In this document: positions 24,101 to 35,316 of the stretch, one piece after another
Layout of the letters: each line of letters starts with the position of its first letter
Position numbering within the stretch: position 1 is the first letter of the stretch
DNA from: Nemertoderma westbladi
Taxonomy: Eukaryota > Animalia > Xenacoelomorpha
NCBI GenBank assembly: GCA_032718475.1
Contig: JAUCBJ010004713.1
Location: 1 to 51,067 of the forward strand
Direction of reading: 5' to 3'
Length of the DNA: 51,067 nucleotides
Program-made: the position numbers and the translations under genes
The notes under the pieces: generated by a model
Databases searched by the model: none
What the model was told of the DNA's origin: nothing
Seen by the model: only the letters and a program-made list of their open reading frames with translations

Positions 24101-27100
24101 ATCCCTGACCGGGGGGTTCAATACTAATAGAATGAATCCCTGACCGGGGGGTTCAATACTAATAGAATGAATCCCTGACTGGGGGTTCAATACTAATAGA
24201 ATGAATCCCTGACTGGGGGTTCAATACTAATAGAATGAATCCCTGACAGGGGGTTCAATACTAATAGAATGAATCCCTGACAGGGGGGTTCAATACTAAT
24301 AGAATGAATCCCTGACCGGGGGTTCAATACTAATAGAATGAATCCCTGACCGGGGGGTTCAAGGCTAATAGAATGAATCCCTGACAGGGGGTTCAATACT
24401 AATAGAATGAATCCCTGACAGGGGGGTTCAATACTAATAGAATGAATCCCTGACCGGGGGTTCAATACTAATAGAATGAATCCCTGACCGGGGGGTTCAA
24501 GGCTAATAGAATGAATCCCTGACAGGGGGTCCAATACTAATAGAATGAATCCCTGACTGGGGGTTCAATACTAATAGAATGAATCCCTGACAGGGGGTTC
24601 AATACTAATAGAATGAATCCCTGACCGGGGGTTCAATACTAATAGAATGAATCCCTGACCGGGGGTTCAATACTAATAGCATGAATCCCTGACCGTGTGT
24701 TCAAGGCTAATAGAATGAATCCCTGACCGGGGGGTTCAATACTAATAGAATGAATCCCTGACCGGAGGGTTCAATACTAATAGAATGAATCCCTGACCGG
24801 GGGTTCAATACTAATAGCATGAATCCCTGACCGTGTGTTCAAGGCTAATAGAATGAATCCCTGACCGGCGGGTTCAAGGGTAATAGAATGAATCCCTGAC
24901 CGGGGGTTCAAGGCTAATAGAATGAATCCCTGACCGGCGGGTTCAATACTAATAGAATGAATCTCTGACCGGGGGTTCAAGGCTAATAGAATGAATCCCT
25001 GACCGGCGGGTTCAATACTAATAGAATGAATCCCTGACCGGGGGTTCAAGGCTAATAGAATGAATCCCTGACCGGCGGGTTCAATACTAATAGAATGAAT
25101 CTCTGACCGGGGGTTCAAGGCTAATAGAATGAATCCCTGACCGGGGGGTTCAATACTAATAGAATGAATCCCTGACCGGGGGTTCAAGGCTAATAGAATG
25201 AATCCCTGACCGGGGGTTCAATACTAATAGAATGAATCCCTGACCGGGGGGTTCAATACTAATAGAATGAATCCCTGACCGGGGGTTCAAGGCTAATATA
25301 ATGAATCCCTGACCGTGTGTTCAAGGCTAATAGAATGAATCCCTGACCGGCGGGTTCAATACTAATATAATGAATCTCTGACCGGGGGTTCAAGGCTAAT
25401 AGAATGAATCCCTGACCGGCGGGTTCAATACTAATAGAATGAATCTCTGACCGGGGGTTCAAGGCTAATAGAATGAATCCCTGACCGGGGGGTTCAATAC
25501 TAATAGAATGAATCCCTGACCGGGGGTTCAAGGCTAATAGAATGAATCCCTGACCGGGGGGGTTCAATACTAATAGAATGAATCCCTGACCGGGGGGTTC
25601 AATACTAATAGAATGAATCCCTGACCCGGGGGTTCAATACTAATAGAATGAATCCCTGGCCGGGGGGTTCAATACTAATAGAATGAATCCCTGACCGGGG
25701 GTTCAATACTAATAGCATGAATCCCTGACCGTGTGTTCAAGGCTAATAGAATGAATCCCTGACCGGGGGTTCAATACTAATAGAATGAATCCCTGACCGG
25801 GGGGTTCAATACTAATAGAATGAATCCCTGACCGGGGGGTTCAATACTAATAGAATGAATCCCTGACCGGGGGGTTCAATACTAATAGAATGAATCCCTG
25901 ACCGGGGGGTTCAATACTAATAGAATGAATCCCTGACCGGGGGTTCAATACTAATAGAATGAATCCCTGACCGGGGGGTTCAATACTAATAGAATGAATC
26001 CCTGACCGGGGGGTTCAATACTAATAGAATGAATCCCTGACCGGGGGGTTCAATACTAATATAATGAATCCCTGACAGGGGGTTCAAGGCTAATAGAATG
26101 AATCCCTGACCGGGGGTTTAAGGCTAATAGAATGAATCCCTGACCGGGGGGTTCAATACTAATAGAATGAATCCCTGACCGGGGGGTTCAATACTAATAG
26201 AATGAATCCCTGACCGGGGGGTTCAATACTAATATAATGAATCCTTGACAGGGGGTTCAAGGCTAATAGAATGAATCCCTGACCGGGGGTTTAAGGCTAA
26301 TAGAATGAATCCCTGACCGGGGGGTTCAATACTAATAGAATGAATCCCTGACCGGGGGGTTCAAGGCTAATAGAATGAATCCCTGACCGGGGGTTTAAGG
26401 CTAATAGAATGAATCCCTGACCGGGGGGTTCAAGGCTAATAGAATGAATCCCTGACCGGGGGTTTAAGGCTAATAGAATGAATCCCTGACCGGGGGGTTC
26501 AATACTAATAGAATGAATCCCTGACCGGGGGGTTCAAGGCTAATAGAATGAATCCCTGACCGGGGGTTTAAGGCTAATAGAATGAATCCCTGACCGGGGG
26601 GTTCAATACTAATAGAATGAATCCCTGACCGGGGGTTTAAGGCTAATAGAATGAATCCCTGACTGGGGGTTCAATACTAATAGAATGAATCCCTGACTGA
26701 GGGCTCAATACTAATAGAATGAATCCCTGACAGGGGGTTCAATACTAATAGAATGAATCCCTGACAGGGGGTTCAAGGCTAATAGAATGAATCCCTAACC
26801 GGGGGTTTAAGGCTAATAGAATGAATCCCTGACCGGGGGGTTCAATACTAATAGAATGAATCCCTGACCGTGTGTTCAAGGCTAATATAATGAATCCCTG
26901 ACCGGGGGTTCAATACTAATAGAATGAATCCCTGACCCGGGGTTCTAGGCTAATAGAATGACTCCCTGACCCGGGGTTCAAGGCTAATAGAATGAATCCC
27001 TGACCGGGGGTTCAATACTAATAGAATGAATCCCTGACCCGGGGTTCAAGGCTAATATAATGAATCCCTGACCGGTGGTTCAATACTAATAGAATGAATC

Positions 27101-29022
27101 CCTGACCGGGGGGTTCAAGGCTAATAGAATGAATCCCTGACCGGGGGTTTAAGGCTAATAGAATGAATCCCTGACCGGGGGGTTCAATACTAATAGAATG
27201 AATCCCTGACCGGGGGGTTCAATACTAATAGAATGAATCCCTGACAGGGGGTTCAAGGCTAATAGAATGAATCCCTGACCGGGGGTTTAAGGCTAATAGA
27301 ATGAATCCCTGACCGGGGGTTCAATACTAATAGAATGAATCCCTGACCGGGGGGTTCAAGGCTAATAGAATGAATCCCTGACCGGGGGTTTAAGGCTAAT
27401 AGAATGAATCCCTGACCGGGGGGTTCAATACTAATAGAATGAATCCCTGACCGGGGGGTTCAATACTAATAGAATGAATCCCTGACAGGGGGTTCAAGGC
27501 TAATAGAATGAATCCCTGACCGGGGGTTTAAGGCTAATAGAATGAATCCCTGACCGGGGGGTTCAATACTAATAGAATGAATCCCTGACAGGGGGTTCAA
27601 TACTAATAGAATGAATCCCTGACCGTGTGTTCAAGGCTAATATAATGAATCCCTGACCGGGGGTTCAATACTAATAGAATGAATCCCTGACCCGGGGTTC
27701 TAGGCTAATAGAATGACTCCCTGACCCGGGGTTCAAGGCTAATAGAATGAATCCCTGACCGGGGGTTCAATACTAATAGAATGAATCCCTGACCCGGGGT
27801 TCAAGGCTAATAGAATGAATCCCTGACCGGTGGTTCAATACTAATAGAATGAATCCCTGACCGGGGGGTTCAAGGCTAATAGAATGAATCCCTGACCGGG
27901 GGTTTAAGGCTAATAGAATGAATCCCTGACCGGGGGGTTCAATACTAATAGAATGAATCCCTGACCGGGGGGTTCAATACTAATAGAATGAATCCCTGAC
28001 AGGGGGTTCAAGGCTAATAGAATGAATCCCTGACCGGGGGTTTAAGGCTAATAGAATGAATCCCTGACCGGGGGGTTCAATACTAATAGAATGAATCCCT
28101 GACCGGGGGGTTCAAGGCTAATAGAATGAATCCCTGACCGGGGGTTTAAGGCTAATAGAATGAATCCCTGACCGGGGGGTTCAATACTAATAGAATGAAT
28201 CCCTGACCGGGGGGTTCAATACTAATAGAATGAATCCCTGACTGGGGGTTCAATACTAATAGAATGAATCCCTGACTGGGGGTTCAATACTAATAGAATG
28301 AATCCCTGACCGGGGGTTCAATACTAATAGAATGAATCCCTGACCGGGGGGTTCAATACTAATAGAATGAATCCCTGACCGGGGGTTCAATACTAATAGA
28401 ATGAATCCCTGACCGGGGGGTTCAAGGCTAATAGAATGAATCCCTGACCGGGGGTTCAATACTAATAGAATGAATCCCTGACCGGGGGGTTCAATACTAA
28501 TAGAATGAATCCCTGACCGGGGGTTCAATACTAATAGAATGAATCCCTGACCGGGGGTTCAAGGCTAATAGAATGAATCCCTGACAGGGGGTCCAATACT
28601 AATAGAATGAATCCCTGACCGGGGGTTCAATACTAATAGAATGAATCCCTGACCGGGGGTTCAATACTAATAGAATGAATCCCTGACCGGGGGTTCAAGG
28701 CTAATAGAATGAATCCCTGACCGGGGGGTTCAAGGCTAATAGAATGAATCCCTGACCGGGGGTTCAATACTAATAGAATGAATCCCTGACCGGGGGTTCA
28801 ATACTAATAGAATGAATCCCTGACCGGGGGGTTCAAGGCTAATAGAATGAATCCCTGACCGGGGGTTCAATACTAATAGAATGAATCCCTGACCGGGGGT
28901 TCAATACTAATAGAATGAATCCCTGACCGGGGGGTTCAATACTAATAGAATGAATCCCTGACCGGGGGTTCAATACTAATAGAATGAATCCCTGACCGGG
29001 GGGTTCAATACTAATAGAATGA
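15128..29022. repeat. ~13.9-kb satellite, 34/35-bp unit, roughly 400 copies, in intron C-D
   Basis: Unit CTAATAGAATGAATCCCTGACCG(5-6)TTCAA(GG/TA), uninterrupted across the interval. Confidence 0.98.
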
Positions 29023-29235
29023 GACCCATTTAAAAAATAACACATTTTGAACAAACTCGGTTGCATCGTGTTATTGGAAAACAACATCACGCTGCAGTCT
29101 CGACACACAAGTCTTGCTGCTGCTGGGGTGTGACTGCTGTCGTAGAACCCATCAGCAGCAGTGCATGCTATATGGGAGACGGCAGGTGAGAGGAAACGAG
29201 GATTTTCAATTTTTTAAAATTTTAAATAATTTCCA

Positions 29236-29377
29236 GCCCATGTGAAGTCAACCAGACTATCTGCTGTTATATCTCACTTAACAGTTTACCTCCATGTGAA
29301 GCTAATACCAGGTTTTCACTAAAATCCCAGGATAAAGAAGGGCTGAATCTAAACATTAGTATCTTCACATGTAGGCG
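29236..29377 (+). mobile_element. Internally deleted, diverged copy of the same MITE
   Basis: GCCCATGTGAAG start, TCTTCACATG end, shared GGGCTGAATCTAA. Confidence 0.7.
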
Positions 29378-30417
29378 CAAATTCCGCGGGTCCGCGGTTC
29401 GGTTCACATTGCACTAAATAAAAAGTCAAGTCAACGGTTTTGAATATGCTGATTAATTGAGAATTATTTACATTGTAAAATGTCTAGGAGTAGAAGTTGT
29501 GTTACAGGGATGCCACGGTTATTTGGTGTTGGAATTGGGGTTGCCGGTTTGCTCAGGACTCAAGCTCTATTATTCTTTGCATTGTTAAACTCAATATCCT
29601 CCATCATCAACCCATCTCAGAAATGTAATAGTAACAGTCAACTATATTCTCTCATCGCAGAACCCTTTAATTAACCCAGGACTGTAAATGTCATCCAAAC
29701 AACACACGAACAAACCACGGTTGTAAAGGTATACCAATATCTCCCAACGCCTGCCTGCCCTCGGGAATACGCCAGCGCCCCCTTACGTTCATCCTATAAA
29801 CTCAGAAAATATCCCAACATACCCCGGATTGTGGCTCGCTTAAATTGGTTTTCTTTGTTCTTTGGATTAGCTATTCCCTATTGGTTGGGCGGGGCGCTAT
29901 ACAGGCTTCCCCTACATCCCCTTCTGATGAATGGATTCTTATTGCTTCGTCCAGCATGCTTATGTTACTGTGGTTACACAAGGCGGGGGCGCGTGTTACC
30001 ATGGTGGATACCAGGAAGAAATCATCCGTTTCAGAGAAGGACGGCAGCCTGCATAAGTCGCTTTATTATGCTCCAGCTCAATTTGGGATGAATAAGGGGA
30101 GAATTATTAATGCAGAACACAATGTCTTCTACGAATATAACGCCGCCATGCGAATTATATGGGTATTTTGTATTGGATCGCATACTACACCTCTAGGTGG
30201 CGAAATTCATTGTAGTATATTATACTGATTATAATATAGTACTGTAATTAATCTACATACTTTGCTGAATGGAGGGACATGACTTTTTGGAGGTTGCAAG
30301 TTAAAAAATTTTATGATAATGAAATATGACATAGTGACAATGAGACTATGTATGGCAAATTGATAATCTAATAACTTATTCTGCAAATAGCAAATTAATT
30401 ATATTAGTTGGCCTTGG

Positions 30418-30955
30418 CGCCCTGTTGAAGAATACCAACCAGGATTTCACTTTTCGGTCGACTTTTTATTGGAATTTTATATATGAAAATTTTTTATTTT
30501 TTAAATTTATCTTTATTAAGTGTTTTATAGCGCTTATTTCGGCCCATGTGAAGAATACCAGACTTTCTGCCGTTATATTTCACTTTGCAGTTAACCCCAT
30601 GTGAAGAATACCAGACTTTCTGCCGTTATATTTCACTTTGCAGTTAACCCCATGTGAAGAATACCAGACTTTCTGCCGTTATATTTCACTTTGCAGTTAC
30701 CCCCCTGTGAAGAATACCAGGTTTTGACAAAAAACACAGGTTACAGAAGGGTTGAATCTAACCAAAACAATAAACGAATTACTATATGTGTACAGGTTAT
30801 AAGAGAGAAATAAGCGTTATAAAACACTTAATAAAGATAAATAAAAAAAAAAGTAAATCTTCATATATAAAATTCCAATAAAAGGTCGACCGAAAAGTGA
30901 AATCCTGGTATTCTTCACATGGGCGCTTATTTCTGTCTTTTAACCTGTACATATA
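30418..30955. mobile_element. Self-nested MITE pair: + copy 30541-30925 inside a truncated - copy
   Basis: Inner copy is bounded by CTTATTTC at 30533-30540 and 30926-30933 and has extra ~54-bp internal repeats. Confidence 0.85.
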
Positions 30956-30972
30956 CCAATTCCATATACTAA

Positions 30973-31049
30973 CTCAGAACTTTTCCACCCTTAGTCCAGC
31001 TCACTTACCTTGATGCCTCAGAACTTTTCCGCCCTTAGTCCAGCTCACT
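30973..31049 (-). repeat. 44-bp-period partial duplication across the exon C donor
   Basis: 33 nt at 30973-31005 (intron) match exonic 31017-31049 with one mismatch. Confidence 0.92.
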
Positions 31050-31170
31050 ACGTGAACGTCGTTTTTAGACATGGAGATTCCTTTGGCCACGACCTCACAT
31101 TTAAAGACAACAACACCATTTTTCATGGCGTAAACATCATAAGTTCTAGCTATCCATTCGGTGTTTGGAA
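31009..31170 (-). CDS. Dscam: Dscam-like exon C: N-terminal half of Ig2 (equivalent of insect variable exon 4)
   Basis: Flanked by tttttAG and GTAAGT; 162 nt, phase 1 to 1. (V)PNTEWIARTYDVYAMKNGVVVFKCEVVAKGISMSKNDVHVVSWTKGGKVLRHQ carries the D.Y...G...V.KC...V.V.SW pattern. Confidence 0.88.
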
Positions 31171-31780
31171 CTAAAAAAATAGGATAATACATGTTTTATT
31201 ATTTCGTGAAGGTATACTAATTACTCTAGTCATTCCATATTATAATACCGGTATATATTAATTATATAATGATTAATTTAATAAAATTTGAATAGATATA
31301 ATCGCAGTGTCTGAGAGGATACAGCTGCTAAACAATAGTGTTTGGCGTCGCAGGGTCAAATCCGAATAAAGGCTGTGTTCTCGAGACTTTAACTTTTCTA
31401 TTTCTCGGTAAACTGAAAAATATTATTGGTTAAAAAAAACTGGTTGTGGATCGAAAGTACATTACGGTACGGTTCAAATACTTACACCCACCCCACCCCC
31501 CCCCCCCCCCCCGCCCCCCACCCCTTGCCCCGCCCCCTCACCAGAGAAAAAATAGAAGAGTTTTGATTTTTCTAACTGTGAATATTATTTGCGACATCTA
31601 TCGGATATGGTGGGATTTGCTTACTGGGAAGATAATTTCATATTATACCACACAGGACACAAACTTAGCAGCAAACTAACCGCCATGTATTGCGAATTTG
31701 TTTAACAATTGTTTGTATATTTGCGTCTTTGAAGTAAGATTTGGTGAGTTTTTTGTTTTAAAAGTACTTTTTAAATTACT

Positions 31781-31892
31781 TATTACATGGGAAAAAATGT
31801 TTTAACCTTAATTAACCTCGCTGGCGTTTGGTAAATTAAATGCCTAGAGAGAATAGTGAATAAAAATGTTCTACGTTTTTTCCCATGTAATA
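31781..31892. mobile_element. Short element with 17-20-bp inverted repeats
   Basis: TATTACATGGGAAAAAA (31781-31797) and TTTTTTCCCATGTAATA (31876-31892). Confidence 0.5.
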
Positions 31893-33262
31893 CGTAAAAT
31901 TTTATTCTTAAATTGGTATTTGTTGTTGTTCAATTCTCTAATATAATATAGATCGATATAGTGTTAAAAAATAAATTGAACTGTAGTATTTTACTATATT
32001 GCTTCCATAGTTACTGTACTGCTATTGTAATTATTGTACTCTTCAACTCCTCATGCTGCCTTACTCAATGTTAAATTTTTTTTTTCTTTTTTTACTGACC
32101 TCCCGCCACCAGCTGACAAAAACCTCTCACCTAGCAACCATAAAAACACAAATGTCTAACCTGCTGGCTATTTACCACAGTGCATGTGATAGTTTAATAC
32201 TACAGTACATCAGCAAGCAACAGTCCCTCAATGTTAAATTAATGTCAAATAATTTAGTGTCCTCGATTATTTATTACGTAACTAGAGAGCCGCGTAACTA
32301 CCTAAACCCATTATTGGATATTGAGTTCCGTTTTGGAGTTCGTCTTTCAGACACTAAAGTTGCAGTAACTTTTGAGTGTGTGAATGGATTTGGCTCAAAT
32401 TACGTGTAAACCTTTCTACTTCGATTCTCTTTCAACACATGTAATACAATTTAAGAAATTCCACCAAAAATATTTAAATTTACTTTTTTCGCCGGTAAAA
32501 AAGTAAAATCAATGCAATCCCATGGGTTACTTTTTTTCCCTAGGGAAACAAGTGAGACCTTTTCTCCCGATTTTGGGGAATATTCGAGCGAAAAAGTTAC
32601 AATTTCAGAATAAAATATTATAATACTAGTAAATTAATAGCTAAAACCCGAAAGGTTCGACAAAAGGTGCGACACTGAAAGGGTCACATCGATAAACTCT
32701 ATTTATTTTGTGAAAAACGAATATCATTAAAACTAATAAAAGACTTAATATAACCTTTGTAATATACTGAGTTTAAGTTCAAATAAAAATCCCTCAGACT
32801 TCGTAATGAACTGTATGACCAAAAAACCGATTACAGGGAAGAATGTTAGGGTCTCTGAGGAACGTTGGTGACTGTTCGTGGTCTGTGGAACTTAAAATAA
32901 TGATCTGGAATGTCCGATTGGATCGAACATGTATCGAGTCGAGAGATCTTACGTCAGAGAGGTGAGGGTAAGGACGGCTATACGGGAGAATGGAAAACTG
33001 CTGAGTCCCCCGCCCACGCGATTAGGCCTACCAAATTTTAAAATTTGGAAATTATATCATCTAAATTGAATATTAGCCTTCATATACAGTAGGCTTTGTG
33101 CTAGGCGACGAAAAGCACTTGGCTACAGTATGATAATCAATCAAACTGGATTTTCTACAATATTTCCAATTCATGTTCATTGTTTTGGTTCTCACATTTG
33201 TTTCTGTTGCTTTTATAGAGGCCATTTCCTTTCCTAACGTGCATATTCTGTATCACACAAGC

Positions 33263-33813
33263 GATTTGGATAGGTCTTTGTTATCCTCCACTATCCATAC
33301 TTTATCCCGATTCGGATAGGTCTTTGTTATTCTCCACTATCCATACTTTATCCCGATTTGGATAGGTCTTTGTTATCCTCCACTATCCATAGTTTATCCC
33401 GATTTAGATAGGTCTTTGTCATCCTCCACTATCCATACTTTATCCCGATTTGGATAGGTCTTTGTTATCCTCCACTATCCATAGTTTATCCCGATTTAGA
33501 TAGGTCTTTGCCATCCTCCACTATCCATACTTTATCCCGATTTGGATAGGTCTTTGTTATTCTCCACTATCCATACTTTATCCCGATTTGGATAGGTCTT
33601 TGTTATCCTCCACTATCCATAGTTTATCCCGATTTAAATAGGTCTTTGTCATCCTCCACTATCCATACTTTATCCCGATTTGGATAGGTCTTTGTTATCC
33701 TCCACTATCCATACTTAATCCCGATTTGGATAGGTTTTCTTATCCTCAAATTTCCATACTTTATCCCGATTTGGATAGGTCTTTGTTATCCTCCACTATC
33801 CATACTTTATCCA
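33263..33813. repeat. 46-bp minisatellite x~12
   Basis: Unit GATTTGGATAGGTCTTTGTTATCCTCCACTATCCATACTTTATCCC. Confidence 0.95.
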
Positions 33814-34616
33814 TACTGGCATAATTATCAGAAAGATATGCTGATCGGTATGCTGATTTCGTACTTTTATAATAAATATGTAATAAATAATTGTACTTGA
33901 CATCGCGTCCTTACGGTATGGTGCATTAGTGAGCCACTTAACCACAGAGCAACCATTTGTAATAACTGTGCAACGCAAATAAACTACATTGCAGTATATA
34001 TGAAGCCTGCAAATGGAGATTGTTGCTCGAGATAAGACCGTAAATGTCTTTCGAACAATCACTATCACCCATCGAAGAATTAATGAACACTCCATAGATT
34101 ACTTACGGCGGATGGCAGCTTCCTTATCTACAGTTTCCATGGCGACGTGGACTCACCTGCCCCTTCGATGGACAGACATATCACCGCCGGCTGAGCCTAT
34201 TGATTCAGAAATACGTTCCGCGAGGCTTACATTCGAATTCTCCATTCGCACAGAAGAAAATTAGCATGTTAATTGATTGCAGCGGTTCTCTGCTACAGTC
34301 CAGAGCAAATATTTGCTGATGGTGGTGGGTCCATTACACCTTCATTGATATACTCTGTACTGCGAATAAGGAAATAGAACTGTGGAACTGTCGACGATAT
34401 TCAACACTCAGTCCGATATGAATGTATTATTGATTGAACCACTATAAGGTTGAGGAATAAACTGCTGTGGGACTGGTGAAATATCGAGGGAGACACATTT
34501 TTCCAACGCGAAAATTGAAGCGAAAATACAAATTCTGTCTAGAAGTTGGAAGGTGAAACTATCTCTGTTTAAAAATTCTTGCAACCTATTTAAGTAAAGA
34601 GATTTGTAGAAAAATT

Positions 34617-34842
34617 CAGTTACCCCATGTGAAGAATACCAGGTTTTCACAAAAACACAGGTTACAGAAGGGCTGAATCTAACCAAAACAATAAACGAAT
34701 AAGTATATGTACAGGTTATAAGAAATAAGCGCTATAAAACATTTAATAAAGATAAATAAAAAAAAAATTAAAAATCTTCATATATAAAATTCCATTAAAA
34801 AGTCGACCGAAAAGTGAAATCCTGGTATTTTTCACATGGGCG
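34617..34842 (+). mobile_element. 5'-truncated copy of the same MITE
   Basis: Colinear with 7138-7368; ends TTCACATGGGCG. Confidence 0.85.
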
Positions 34843-35316
34843 GGGGCAGACTGCTGAATTAAAGTCGCCGGTTTGTTACTCATGCACCTGCGCAGCGCAT
34901 TGGACATAATGAAGTGCTGTAGTTCCACCCCAGCACACACGTTATTAGCACCACGCCTTACACAGTAAATCCGTATTGTACTTGAGTTATGGGCCCCGCG
35001 GGAACCATATCGACAAATAATAAACGTCGGTAATATCAGCATTAACCGCAAATCATTCACTTCTCGGTGTCTCTACCGTAGTTAGTAAAACATTGCTATC
35101 CAGCTGTTTTCATGTTGTACCGAAATTATTAAATTATATGCCTACAGTTTTTGTAATGCTGCACGTACATGGCAAACTGTATAATAATATGAATAATGTA
35201 GAGATACCTAGGTCTAAGGCGGTTCACATTTAACAAAACAATTAAGGGTATGTAAATTTCTCGGAATCACACTTTCTCTAAAGGTAGAATTTATTCCTCA
35301 CAGTAGCATAAGAGCA

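Noticed and set aside
17297-29108. Repetitive MNPRSGIHSISIEPPGQGF ORFs
   Set aside because: Translations of the 34/35-bp satellite; ORF lengths follow G-run length variation.
33263-33870. Variant Ig2 exon seeding the 46-bp repeat (DKVWIVEDNKDLSKS on - strand)
   Set aside because: No Cys, no donor in the unit and no Ig pattern upstream.
34098-34245. Orphan strong donors (CAG|GTGAGT, CC|GTAAGT) with a short ATG ORF as an alternative first exon
   Set aside because: The ORF ends in phase 2, incompatible with phase-1 exon C, and is not signal-peptide-like; a noncoding exon cannot be excluded.
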